A stretch of DNA of 64,000 nucleotides from an uncultured bacterium (GTDB lineage Bacteria > Acidobacteriota > JAQAZP01). Below the pieces are notes generated by a model. That model had not been told where the DNA came from, searched no databases, and saw only the letters and a program-made list of their open reading frames with translations. A program made the position numbers and the translations under genes. Location of the stretch: the NCBI GenBank assembly GCA_965531145.1, contig CBESOE010000007.1, forward strand, positions 36-64,035. Direction: 5' to 3'. Positions 27,606-36,853 of this stretch are shown here, in pieces. The stretch's first letter is position 1, and each line of letters opens with the position of its first letter.

Positions 27606-29291
27606 ATGCTCAGATGCACGGGATCCGGCAACAACTCCTGGCGGCTGTTCTGTCTCCTGCTGACCGTCCTGCTGCCGGCCTGGGGCTGGCTTGCCGGCTG
27701 CGGTACCCCGCCCGCTGAACAACCGGCGGTGGAGGGCCCGGTGCGTGGCGGGACCATGGTGGTGGGCTGGACCAACGACGCCGACGCGCTGAACCCGGTG
27801 GTCCAGCAGACCATGCTCGCCTCCCACGTCGATACCCTGATCTATCCCAACCCCACCACCGAGGTCTTCGAGGACTGCCGCCTCACCGTACAGCCCCTGC
27901 TGGCCGAGAGCTGGACCTTCGGCGAGGACGGCCTGTCGCTGACCATGAAACTGCGCACGGACGTGACCTGGGATGACGGTACGCCGGTCACCGCGGACGA
28001 CGTGATCCTGACCAACCAGCTGATGGCCGATCCGGATTCGGCCAGCCCGCGTTTCAACCAGACCGAGCGCATCGCCGCGGTGGAGAAGATCGACCAGCAA
28101 ACGGTGCTCTTCCGTTTCACCGAGCCCTACGACCAGGAAACCCAGCTCTACCACGCATCCCAGGACCTGCTGCCGGCGCACCTCTTCCGCGATGCCGACC
28201 GGAAGAACCTGCGCCGCCACCCGCTTAACGAAAACCCGGTGGGCGCCGGACCCTACCGGCTGGAACGCTGGGAGCGCAACCAGGAACTGGTGCTTTCCGC
28301 CAATGCCGAAGCCACCCTCACCGACCCGCCCTACATCGAGCGGGTGGTTTTCCGTGTTATCCCCGAGTACACCACCCGTCTCACCGAGTTGATCGTCGGG
28401 CGGTTGGACGTGATGGACGGACTGCAGCCGGAGGATGTGGATCGGCTGAAGCGGGAAAACCCCGAGATCCGCATCCTGCCCCGGGGCTGGCGTTTCATGG
28501 AATACGTGGCCTGGAACAACCTCGACCCGCTTTTCTCCGACCCGCGGGTGCGTCGGGCGCTGACCATGTGCATCGACCGTGACCTGCTGATCCAGGTGCT
28601 GCTCACCGGTGGCGGGGAGTGCTTTGGCCGGCCCTGCACCGGTACCATAACCCCGGAGCTCTGCGGGGCCTGCAACGAAAATATCGAGCCGCTGCCCCAC
28701 GACCCGAAAGCGGCCCGGGCCATGCTCAACGACCTCGGTTGGAAGGACCGTGACGGCGATGGTGTGCTGGACAAGGACGGCCAGCCGTTCGCCTTCACCC
28801 TCAGGACCAGCGCCGGCAACCCGCGCCGCGAACAGGCCAGCGTATTGATCCAGGCCCAGCTCAGGGAAGCCGGCCTGGATGTGGAGCTGGAGCAGCTGGA
28901 GGGGGTGGTGTTGCACGAAAAGATGCGGAACAAGGACTTCCAGGCCGTGCTGAGCGGCTGGTCCGTGGGACTCTATGTCGAGCCGCGGTCCTTCTGGCAC
29001 AGTGGCGACGAGTATGTCTACAACTTCACCTCCTACAGCAATGCCTCGGTGGACCGGCTGATCGAGGCCGGGGAGGGGGAGACCGACATCGAGGCGGCCA
29101 ACGCCATCTGGCACGAGGTGCAGGAAATGATTTACGAAGATCAGCCTTACACCTTCCTCTACTGGGTGAACAATCTGATGGCGATCCACCAGCGGTTCGA
29201 AGGGGTGGAGGCCAACCTGCTCACTCCGCTCTACCACCTGGAGCGATGGTGGGAGAACCCCGACTGGGAGCGTGAGTTGGACGGCAGTTAG
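27606..29291 (+). CDS. ABC transporter substrate-binding lipoprotein, family 5 (Opp/Dpp/Nik-like)
   Basis: Lipoprotein signal LAGCGTPP. SBP_bac_5-like length and conserved stretches. RBS AAGGGAGGA before the ATG at 27606. The ORF track start at 27369 overlaps the GT2 gene and is rejected. Confidence 0.8.
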   Translation: MLRCTGSGNNSWRLFCLLLTVLLPAWGWLAGCGTPPAEQPAVEGPVRGGTMVVGWTNDADALNPVVQQTMLASHVDTLIYPNPTTEVFEDCRLTVQPLLAESWTFGEDGLSLTMKLRTDVTWDDGTPVTADDVILTNQLMADPDSASPRFNQTERIAAVEKIDQQTVLFRFTEPYDQETQLYHASQDLLPAHLFRDADRKNLRRHPLNENPVGAGPYRLERWERNQELVLSANAEATLTDPPYIERVVFRVIPEYTTRLTELIVGRLDVMDGLQPEDVDRLKRENPEIRILPRGWRFMEYVAWNNLDPLFSDPRVRRALTMCIDRDLLIQVLLTGGGECFGRPCTGTITPELCGACNENIEPLPHDPKAARAMLNDLGWKDRDGDGVLDKDGQPFAFTLRTSAGNPRREQASVLIQAQLREAGLDVELEQLEGVVLHEKMRNKDFQAVLSGWSVGLYVEPRSFWHSGDEYVYNFTSYSNASVDRLIEAGEGETDIEAANAIWHEVQEMIYEDQPYTFLYWVNNLMAIHQRFEGVEANLLTPLYHLERWWENPDWERELDGS

Positions 29292-29317
29292 GGCCCGGGT
29301 AACTTGACGGAGGACGG

Positions 29318-30286
29318 ATGGTCCGCTTCATCCTCAAGAGACTGCTCCATGCCGTGCCGATTCTGCTCGGTGTCTCGATCCTTCTCTTTTTTGTCCTGCA
29401 CCTCGCCCCCGGAGACCCGTCCAGCTACTACTTCAACCCCGACAGTTCACCGGAGACCCAGGCCCGGATGGCGAAGAACCTCGGGCTGGACCAGCCGTTG
29501 GGTGTGCAGTTCCTGCGCTGGATCTCGGCCTTTGCCCGCTTTGACTTTCAATACTCGCTGATCCACCACCGGCCGGTGACCGGGCTGATCCTCGAGGCGC
29601 TGCCCCGGACCCTGGTCCTCTCTTCCGCCGCACTGCTGCTGATGTTCGGCGGCGGTATCCTGCTGGGTGTGTTCTCCGCGGCCCGGCGCAACTCCCTGGC
29701 CGACCACGTGGTGAGCGTGGTTTCGCTCTTCTTCTACTCCATGCCTACCTTCTGGCTGGCCCTGATGCTGGTGCTGCTTTTTGCCCTGCTGCTGCCCATC
29801 ATGCCCCCGTCCGGCCTCAGTTCGCCCAATGCCGACCTCTTGCCGCCCCTGCAGCGGCTGCTGGACCGCTTGTGGCACCTGGTGCTGCCGGCGCTGACCC
29901 TTGGCCTCTCCGGCGCGGCGGGTATCGCCCGTTACGCCCGGGGCAGCCTGCTGGAGGTCGCCGGCCAGGACTACATCCGCACGGCCCGGGCCAAAGGCCT
30001 CTCCGAACGCCAGGTACTTTTCAAGCACTCGCTGCGCAACGGGCTGATCCCGGTGATCACCCTCTTCGGGCTCTCGCTGCCCTTCCTCTTCGGCGGCTCG
30101 GTGCTGGTGGAGTGGATCTTTGCCTGGCACGGCATGGGGTGGCTGATGGTCAGCGCCATCGGCCAGCGGGATTACCCCCTGGTCATCGGCTGTACCTTCT
30201 TCTACAGCCTGATCGTGGTGCTGGGAAACCTGGTGGCTGACCTGCTGTACCGCGCGGCCGACCCGCGGATCAGGAGGCAGTCATGA
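29318..30286 (+). CDS. ABC transporter permease (DppB/OppB-like)
   Basis: N-terminal MVRFILKRLL...GDP motif typical of DppB/OppB. Six TM helices. BPD_transp_1 EAA-like loop. Confidence 0.85.
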   Translation: MVRFILKRLLHAVPILLGVSILLFFVLHLAPGDPSSYYFNPDSSPETQARMAKNLGLDQPLGVQFLRWISAFARFDFQYSLIHHRPVTGLILEALPRTLVLSSAALLLMFGGGILLGVFSAARRNSLADHVVSVVSLFFYSMPTFWLALMLVLLFALLLPIMPPSGLSSPNADLLPPLQRLLDRLWHLVLPALTLGLSGAAGIARYARGSLLEVAGQDYIRTARAKGLSERQVLFKHSLRNGLIPVITLFGLSLPFLFGGSVLVEWIFAWHGMGWLMVSAIGQRDYPLVIGCTFFYSLIVVLGNLVADLLYRAADPRIRRQS

Positions 30287-31131
30287 ACGGCCCATTTGCC
30301 CGGTTCAGGCAAAATCGAGTGGCCCTGGCCGGGCTGTGCCTGATCGTCACTATGTATCTCGCTGCGCTGATGGCCCCGGTGCTGGCGCCCTACGCCCCCG
30401 ACGAATCCATCGACCTGCTCAGCAACCGGAACTCGGCCCCTTCGGGCAGGCACATCCTGGGCACCGACCGCTACGCCCGGGACATCTTCAGCCGGCTGCT
30501 CTACGGTGCGCGGATCTCGCTCACCGTGGGGCTGGCGGCGGTGGGCCTCTCGCTGGTCATCGGTACCCTGGTGGGGCTGCTGGCCGGCCAGTTCGGCGGC
30601 TGGGTGGACAGCCTGCTGATGCGCCTGGTGGACCTGCTGATCTCCTTCCCCCGGCTGGTGCTGCTGCTGGCCGTGGCGGCGTTCTTCAATCGTTCGATCC
30701 TGCTGATCATGGTTCTGCTGGGCCTCACCGGCTGGATGACCACCGCCCGGGTGATCCGCGGCGAGATCCTCGCCCTGCGCGAGCGGGAGTTCGTCCTCGC
30801 CGCCGGCGCCCTGGGCGCTTCACCGTTCCGGGTGGCCTTCCGCCACCTGCTGCCAAACTGCCTGGCGCCGCTGGTGGTCACCGCCACTCTGGGCCTGGGC
30901 CAGACCATCCTGGTGGAGGCGGGACTCAGCTTCCTTGGCCTGGGCGTGCCGCCGCCCACCGCCAGCTGGGGGGCGATGGTCAACGAGGGGCGGCACCTGC
31001 TGCTGGAAGCGCCCTGGATCACCACCTTCCCCGGTCTGGCCATCGTTGGGGCCGTGCTCTGCTTCAACCTGGTGGGCGACGCCCTGCGGGATGCCTTCGA
31101 TCCCCGCCTGGACGGGGTGAAGGAGGGATAG
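30283..31131 (+). CDS. ABC transporter permease (DppC/OppC-like)
   Basis: OppC-type N-terminal domain and a BPD_transp_1 region (LGASPFRVAFRHLLPN). Overlaps the upstream stop (ATGA). Confidence 0.85.
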   Translation: MNGPFARFRQNRVALAGLCLIVTMYLAALMAPVLAPYAPDESIDLLSNRNSAPSGRHILGTDRYARDIFSRLLYGARISLTVGLAAVGLSLVIGTLVGLLAGQFGGWVDSLLMRLVDLLISFPRLVLLLAVAAFFNRSILLIMVLLGLTGWMTTARVIRGEILALREREFVLAAGALGASPFRVAFRHLLPNCLAPLVVTATLGLGQTILVEAGLSFLGLGVPPPTASWGAMVNEGRHLLLEAPWITTFPGLAIVGAVLCFNLVGDALRDAFDPRLDGVKEG

Positions 31132-31139
31132 GCGGGGCG

Positions 31140-32243
31140 ATGAACGTTCTCTGCTACGTCTCGGGGCACGGTTACGGGCACCTCACCCGGACCATCGCGT
31201 TGATCAACGCGATGGCCAGGCTTGACCCGGAAACCGGTTTCTTTGTCCGCACCACCGCACCCCGCTGGCTGCTGGAGGCCTGTGTCGCCGTCCCGGTGGA
31301 ATACCGGGAGGTGACCATCGACGCCGGGGTGCTGGAACGGGGGTCCCTGCACCAGGACTGCGAGGGGACCTTGGCCCACTGTGCGGAGATCCTCGGACAG
31401 CGAGACCGGATCATCGAACGGGAAGCCTCCTGGTGCTCCGCCCATCACATCTCGGTGATCGTCAGCGACATCCCGCCCCTGGCCTCGGAGATCGGTGACC
31501 GGGCCGGCATTCCGGTGGTGGCCATGGGCAACTTTTCCTGGGACTACATCTACCAGCCCTGGGAGACGGCCAACCCACAGTACGCCGGACTGGTGGATGA
31601 GATCCGCGGGGCGTATGACAAAACCAGCCTGCTGCTGCGACTGCCCCTGGCCCACGAAATGGACGCCTTTCCCCGTCAGCGGGACATACCCTTCATCGCC
31701 CGGCGTCGCCGTTGGGCGGCAGGAGAGGGGAGAGGCCGGCTGGGAATTCCCGACCACGAGTCACGGCCGCTGGCCCTGGTGGCCATGCGCATGGGTCACC
31801 ACCTGGCGGACGCCACCAACCGGCTGGCCGCCGGTGGCGAGTTCGTGGTATTGACCTTTGATCACCGGGGCCTTCCACCGGCCGAAAACCTCAGGGTGGT
31901 GCCCCGGGAACTGCAGAACAGGTTTCCCGATGTGCTGGCCACGGCGGATGTCCTGATCTCCAAGCTGGGATACAGCATGTGCGCCGAGACCGTGGCCGGC
32001 CGAACCCCGATTCTCTATGCCCCGCGGTTCGACTACCGCGAGCACGATGTGCTGGCCGCCGGTATCGGCCGCTACGTGCCGGCGTTGCCCATGCCCGAGG
32101 CCGATGACGGTGGCCGCAGCTGGCCCGAACTGCTGCACCGGTTGCTGGCCACGCCCATGCCATCGGCCCCGCCGGTGGACGGCGCCGACACCGCCGCCCG
32201 CCTCGTCCTCCAGATGGGGACAGCTACCTGCTTGGCTAAGTGA
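31140..32243 (+). CDS. Glycosyltransferase, GT-B fold (MurG/MGT GT28-like family)
   Basis: N-terminal Gly-rich loop VSGHGYGHLTR and a C-terminal nucleotide-sugar-binding-like half. The ORF track fuses 268 out-of-frame codons upstream. The ATG at 31140 follows the DppC-like stop. Confidence 0.5.
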   Translation: MNVLCYVSGHGYGHLTRTIALINAMARLDPETGFFVRTTAPRWLLEACVAVPVEYREVTIDAGVLERGSLHQDCEGTLAHCAEILGQRDRIIEREASWCSAHHISVIVSDIPPLASEIGDRAGIPVVAMGNFSWDYIYQPWETANPQYAGLVDEIRGAYDKTSLLLRLPLAHEMDAFPRQRDIPFIARRRRWAAGEGRGRLGIPDHESRPLALVAMRMGHHLADATNRLAAGGEFVVLTFDHRGLPPAENLRVVPRELQNRFPDVLATADVLISKLGYSMCAETVAGRTPILYAPRFDYREHDVLAAGIGRYVPALPMPEADDGGRSWPELLHRLLATPMPSAPPVDGADTAARLVLQMGTATCLAK

Positions 32244-32268
32244 TTGAAGCATAAGGACAAAGGAAAAC

Positions 32269-32407
32269 CGGGGACAGTTACCTCTTTAAGTGACATTCTG
32301 ATAGGATGAGCTTCAATCGAATTGAATCGAATTGGTAACTGTCCCCCGTTTTTTTAAGCTGTTGATATAATGATACTTAACGTTTCAGGTAGCTGTCCCC
32401 ATTTTTT
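32269..32407. promoter_or_regulatory. Structured intergenic element: terminator hairpin, promoter with extended -10, and a repeated GGTA(A/G)CTGTCCCC motif
   Basis: There is a 13-nt inverted repeat, GGGGACAGTTACC (32270-32282) against GGTAACTGTCCCC (32334-32346). It is followed by T8. The loop carries a nested TTCAATcgaATTGAA palindrome and an AATCGAATTG tandem. A third direct copy, GGTAGCTGTCCCC (32388-32400), is followed by T6. TGATATAAT (extended -10) lies at 32363-32371. Confidence 0.45.
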
Positions 32408-32475
32408 CTGAAACACTGAAATCAGACTTGCGTATTGTATTATGACATAGGTACAATTCACCGGAGGCTGATCTG

Positions 32476-33207
32476 ATGAGCGGAACGCAGGCGGGGCAGG
32501 AAAACGGCCTGATTTTCGACGCCCGGGGCCTGACCAAGGTCTACCACATGGGCGAGGTGGAGGTTCACGCCCTGCGTGGCGTGGATTTTCAGCTGCGTCA
32601 GTCGGAGTTCTCCGTGCTGCTGGGGCCCTCGGGCAGCGGCAAATCCACCCTGCTCAACATCCTCGGCGGGTTGGATACCCCCACTGCCGGCCAGGTCTTT
32701 TACCGCGGCAAAGAGATCACCCTGGTGGGCGACGCCGAGCTGACTCAGTATCGCCGGCACCATGTCGGTTTTGTCTTCCAGTTCTACAACCTGATTCCCA
32801 GTCTCACCGCCCGGGAGAACGTGGCCCTGGTCACCGAGATCGTGCCCGAACCGCTGACCCCGGTGGCGGCGCTGGAACTGGTGGGGTTGGGAGACCGGGT
32901 GGATCACTTCCCGTCCCAGCTCTCGGGCGGCGAGCAGCAGCGGGTGGCCATTGCCCGGGCCATCGCCAAACAGCCCGACGTGCTGCTCTGCGACGAGCCC
33001 ACCGGCGCCCTGGACGTCTCTACCGGCATCGTGGTGCTGGAGGCCATCGAGACGGTGAACCGCGAGCTGGGCACCACCACCGCGGTGATCACCCACAACG
33101 CGGCCATTTCCGAGATGGCCGATACGGTGTTGCGGCTCTCCAACGGCAAGATCGCTTCGGTGGAGCACAACACGACCAAGATCCACCCCCGAGAGCTTCA
33201 CTGGTGA
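32476..33207 (+). CDS. ABC transporter ATP-binding protein (MacB/DevA-type)
   Basis: Walker [13 protein letters not shown] signature [14 protein letters not shown]. Walker [20 protein letters not shown] upstream. Confidence 0.85.
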   Translation: MSGTQAGQENGLIFDARGLTKVYHMGEVEVHALRGVDFQLRQSEFSVLLGPSGSGKSTLLNILGGLDTPTAGQVFYRGKEITLVGDAELTQYRRHHVGFVFQFYNLIPSLTARENVALVTEIVPEPLTPVAALELVGLGDRVDHFPSQLSGGEQQRVAIARAIAKQPDVLLCDEPTGALDVSTGIVVLEAIETVNRELGTTTAVITHNAAISEMADTVLRLSNGKIASVEHNTTKIHPRELHW

Positions 33208-33211
33208 CACC

Positions 33212-35575
33212 ATGCGACCGCTGAATCTCAAGCTGTTTCGCGACCTGTGGCAGATCAAGGGCCAGGCCCTGGCCATCAGCATGGTCATCGCCGCCGGGGT
33301 GGCGATGTTCGTGGCCTACATCAGCACCTTCCAGTCGCTGGACCTGACCCAGAACACCTACTACGAGCGCTACCGCTTCGGCGACGTGTTCGCCTCGCTG
33401 AAGCGGGCCCCCCTGCGGCTCCGCGAGCGGATCGAGGAGATCCCAGGCGTGGCCCGGGTGGAGACCCGGGTCGTGGTGGGGGTGAACCTCGATGTGGAGG
33501 GATCCGAGGAGCCGCTCACCGGCCGGCTGATCTCGATTCCCGAGCTGGACCGGGCGACGCTGAACGACGTCTTTCTGCGCAAGGGCCGCTACATCGAGCC
33601 CGACCGGCAGGACGAGGTGCTGGTCACCGAGGGGTTCGCCCTGGCCCACGGCCTGGAGCCGGGGGACAGCGTGGCCGCGGTGATCAACGGCCGCCGGCGC
33701 GAGCTGGAGATCGTCGGCATCGCCCTCTCACCGGAGTATGTCTACAACATTGCGCCCGGGGCGATGATGCCCGACGACAGCCGCTTCGGCATCTTCTGGA
33801 TGGAGCAGAAAGCCCTATCCGCCGCCTTTGACATGGAGGGCGGTTTCAACGACGTCGCCCTCTCCTTGATGCCCGGGGCCCAGGAGGACGAGGTGATCAC
33901 CCGCCTCGACCGCCTGCTGGAACCGTACGGCGGGCTGGGAGCCATTCCCCGCGCGCTCCAGCCGTCCCACTTCTACCTCGATGCCGAGCTGGCCGGCCTC
34001 AAGGGCGCCGGGCTGATGATCCCGGTAATCTTCTTTGCCGTGGCCGCTTTCCTGCTCAACGTGGTGTTGCTGCGCATCGTGGCCGTCCAGCGGCCGCAGA
34101 TCGCCGCGCTCAAGGCGCTGGGCTACACCAACGTCGAGATCGGCATGCACTACACCGGCTGGAGCCTGGTGGTCTCGCTGGTGGGCGCCGTCATCGGGGT
34201 GGCCAGCGGCGCCTGGCTCGGTTCGGCCATGACCACGCTCTACGGCGATTTTTTCCGCTTCCCGATCCTCGACTACCGGCTGGCCCCCGCCGTGCTGGTG
34301 GGGGCGGTGGTGGTGAGCGTCATCGCCGCTGTGCTGGGCGCTTTCGGCTCGGTGAAGCGGGCGGTGAAGCTGCCCCCGGCCGAGGCCATGCGCCCCGAAC
34401 CACCGTCGGGCTACGGTGTGAGCTGGGTCGAACGGCTGGGCCTCAAGCGGTTCTTCAGCCAGCCGGCTCGGATGATCATGCGCAACATCCAGCGGCGCCC
34501 CTGGCGCACCTTTGCTTCCATCACCGGCATCTCGTTCGGTGCGGCGATGATGGTGGTGGGGATGTTCTGGATCGACGCCATGGACCTGATGATGGACGTG
34601 CAGTACAACGTGGCCCAGCGCCAGGACATCACGGTCACCTTTGTGGAGCCGGCCTCTTCTCGCTCGCTGCACGAGATCGAGCGGATGCCCGGCGTGGTCT
34701 ACGCCGAGACGCTCCGTTCGGTGCCGGTGCGGCTGCGCTACGGCCACCGCTCGCGCATGGCTTCCATCACCGGCCTTGAAGCCGGGGCGCGTCTGAGCCG
34801 GGTGGTGAACACCGACTTCCGCCCGGTGACCATCCAGCCCCAGGGCCTGGTGCTCTCCTCCAAGATGGGTGAGATCCTGGGCGTGAAAGCCGGCGACGAA
34901 CTGATCGTCGAGGTGCTGGAGGGCCGGCGGCCCAAACGCACGGTGCTGGTCACCGAGCTTGTGGACGAGTTCCTTGGCACCTCGGCCTACATGGAGAACT
35001 CGGCGCTCCATGCCATGTTGCGCGAGGGGCCAAGCCTCTCCGGAGCCTTTATCCAGGTCGATTCGATCCACGCCGATGAGCTCTACCGGCGGCTCAAGCT
35101 GGTGCCCTTTGTCGCCGGGGTGGCACTCAAGTCGGCGGCGGTGGACAGTTTCTACGACACCATCGGCGAGAGCCTGGGCATCATGATCTTCTTCAATGTC
35201 CTCTTTGCCGGGATCATCGCCTTTGGCGTGGTCTACAACGCGGCACGGATCTCGCTTTCCGAGCGGGGCCGCGAGCTGGCCAGCCTGCGAGTGATGGGCT
35301 TCACGCGGGGGGAGATCTCCTTTATCCTGCTGGGGGAACTGGCCCTGGTGACCCTGGTCTCCCTGCCCGTGGGCATGGCGCTGGGTTACTGGCTGTCGGC
35401 GCTGGTGGTCACCGCTTACGACACCGAAGTGTACCGTTTTCCGCTGGTGGTCTCATCGAAAACATACGCCTACGCAGCGCTCACCGTGGGCGTGGCGGCG
35501 CTGATCTCCGGGGTGGTGGTCAAGCGTAAACTGAATAACCTCGATCTCGTTGAAGTTCTGAAGACCAGGGAGTGA
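33212..35575 (+). CDS. Large ABC transporter permease with two FtsX domains (DevC/YbbP-like, about 10 TM)
   Basis: 787 aa built as two repeated modules. Each has a TM helix, a periplasmic MacB-PCD-like domain and an FtsX 3-TM bundle (e.g. [15 protein letters not shown]; [18 protein letters not shown]). Confidence 0.8.
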   Translation: MRPLNLKLFRDLWQIKGQALAISMVIAAGVAMFVAYISTFQSLDLTQNTYYERYRFGDVFASLKRAPLRLRERIEEIPGVARVETRVVVGVNLDVEGSEEPLTGRLISIPELDRATLNDVFLRKGRYIEPDRQDEVLVTEGFALAHGLEPGDSVAAVINGRRRELEIVGIALSPEYVYNIAPGAMMPDDSRFGIFWMEQKALSAAFDMEGGFNDVALSLMPGAQEDEVITRLDRLLEPYGGLGAIPRALQPSHFYLDAELAGLKGAGLMIPVIFFAVAAFLLNVVLLRIVAVQRPQIAALKALGYTNVEIGMHYTGWSLVVSLVGAVIGVASGAWLGSAMTTLYGDFFRFPILDYRLAPAVLVGAVVVSVIAAVLGAFGSVKRAVKLPPAEAMRPEPPSGYGVSWVERLGLKRFFSQPARMIMRNIQRRPWRTFASITGISFGAAMMVVGMFWIDAMDLMMDVQYNVAQRQDITVTFVEPASSRSLHEIERMPGVVYAETLRSVPVRLRYGHRSRMASITGLEAGARLSRVVNTDFRPVTIQPQGLVLSSKMGEILGVKAGDELIVEVLEGRRPKRTVLVTELVDEFLGTSAYMENSALHAMLREGPSLSGAFIQVDSIHADELYRRLKLVPFVAGVALKSAAVDSFYDTIGESLGIMIFFNVLFAGIIAFGVVYNAARISLSERGRELASLRVMGFTRGEISFILLGELALVTLVSLPVGMALGYWLSALVVTAYDTEVYRFPLVVSSKTYAYAALTVGVAALISGVVVKRKLNNLDLVEVLKTRE

Positions 35576-36777
35576 TCAATCAAATGAAACCGAAGCGTAA
35601 AACCGTCATCATCTGGTCCATTGTCATCCTGCTGGTCCTGCTCCTGGCCTGGGCCATGCGCCCCAAGCCGGTGGAAGCCGACTTTGCTTCCATCACGCGC
35701 GGTTCAATCCAGGTGACCATCGACGAGGAAGGGGAGACCCGGGTGCGCGACCGCTTCACCGTGTCGGCGCCCATGGCCGGCCGTGTGCTGCGTATCGAGC
35801 TGGAGCCCGGTGAGCCGGTGGTGGGCGGCGAGACCGTGGTGGCCACCTTCAGGCCCACCGATCCGGTGCTGCTGGATGCCCGCACCAGGGCCCAGAATGA
35901 GGCCCGGGTGGGGTCGGCCAAGGCCGCCCTGGGCACGGCCGAAGCCGAGGTCGAGCAGGCCCGGGCCGAACTGAATTATGCCCTTGGCGAGGAGAAGCGC
36001 TACCGCCGGCTGGCCGAGGACGGGTTCGTTTCCAGCGAGCGGCTGGAGAAGGCGGAGCTGGATGCGCGGACCAGGGAAAAGGGCCTCTCCGCCGCGGAGT
36101 TTTCAGTTCGTTCGGCCGAGCAGGAACTGGCCGTTGCCCGGGCATCGCTGGTGGAAGCCCCCAGGGCCGGCGACAAGCGGAACATCATCATCCGCGCCCC
36201 GGTGGACGGGGTGGTGCTGCAGCGCTTTCACTGGAGCGAGGGGGTGGTGCCGGTGGGCGAACCGCTGATCGAGATCGCCGACCCCGCCGACCTGGAGATC
36301 GTTTCCGACCTGCTCTCCTCCGATGCGGTGAAGGTCCGCCATGGCCAGAAGGTGCTCATCGAGCGCTGGGGCGGGGAAAAGAACCTGGAGGGTGTGATCC
36401 GCCGCGTAGAGCCATACGGCTTCACCAAGTACTCCGCCCTGGGCGTGGAAGAGCAGCGGGTCAATGTCATCGTCGATTTCACCAATCCCCGGGAGGCATG
36501 GGCCGCCCTGGGGGATGGCTATCGGGTGGAACTGCGCATCGTGATCCAGGAGGCCGATGACGTCCTGCTTGTGCCCACCAGCAGCCTCTTCCGCGTGGAC
36601 GAGGACCAGGCCGTGTTTGCCGTGCGCGACGGCAAGGCCACGCTCACCACCGTGGAGATCGGCAAGCGCAACGGCCTTCACGGCGAACTGCTCTCAGGCC
36701 TGGAGGAAGGCGCTACGGTTCTCGTGCATCCCGGTGATGCCATCGAGGACGGGGTGAAGGTGGCGGAGCGGTCGTGA
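35572..36777 (+). CDS. HlyD-family membrane fusion protein (MacA/DevB-like periplasmic adaptor)
   Basis: N-terminal TM anchor. Long coiled-coil region (AEAEVEQARAELNYA...). Beta-barrel/lipoyl-like RAPVDGVVLQ motif. Confidence 0.8.
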   Translation: MINQMKPKRKTVIIWSIVILLVLLLAWAMRPKPVEADFASITRGSIQVTIDEEGETRVRDRFTVSAPMAGRVLRIELEPGEPVVGGETVVATFRPTDPVLLDARTRAQNEARVGSAKAALGTAEAEVEQARAELNYALGEEKRYRRLAEDGFVSSERLEKAELDARTREKGLSAAEFSVRSAEQELAVARASLVEAPRAGDKRNIIIRAPVDGVVLQRFHWSEGVVPVGEPLIEIADPADLEIVSDLLSSDAVKVRHGQKVLIERWGGEKNLEGVIRRVEPYGFTKYSALGVEEQRVNVIVDFTNPREAWAALGDGYRVELRIVIQEADDVLLVPTSSLFRVDEDQAVFAVRDGKATLTTVEIGKRNGLHGELLSGLEEGATVLVHPGDAIEDGVKVAERS

Positions 36778-36853
36778 CCCCGGACCACATCAAGGAGTAT
36801 TTGAGAGGGTTCATCAACGCCGTGATTAGATCCGTGCGTAGCTTTTCCTATCC

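Noticed and set aside
30336-32243. 635-aa ORF spanning the DppC-like permease region and the glycosyltransferase
   Set aside because: The first 268 codons or so are an out-of-frame, Arg/Pro/Gly-rich readthrough of the permease gene, which is high-GC ORF inflation. The glycosyltransferase begins at the ATG at 31140, right after the permease stop.
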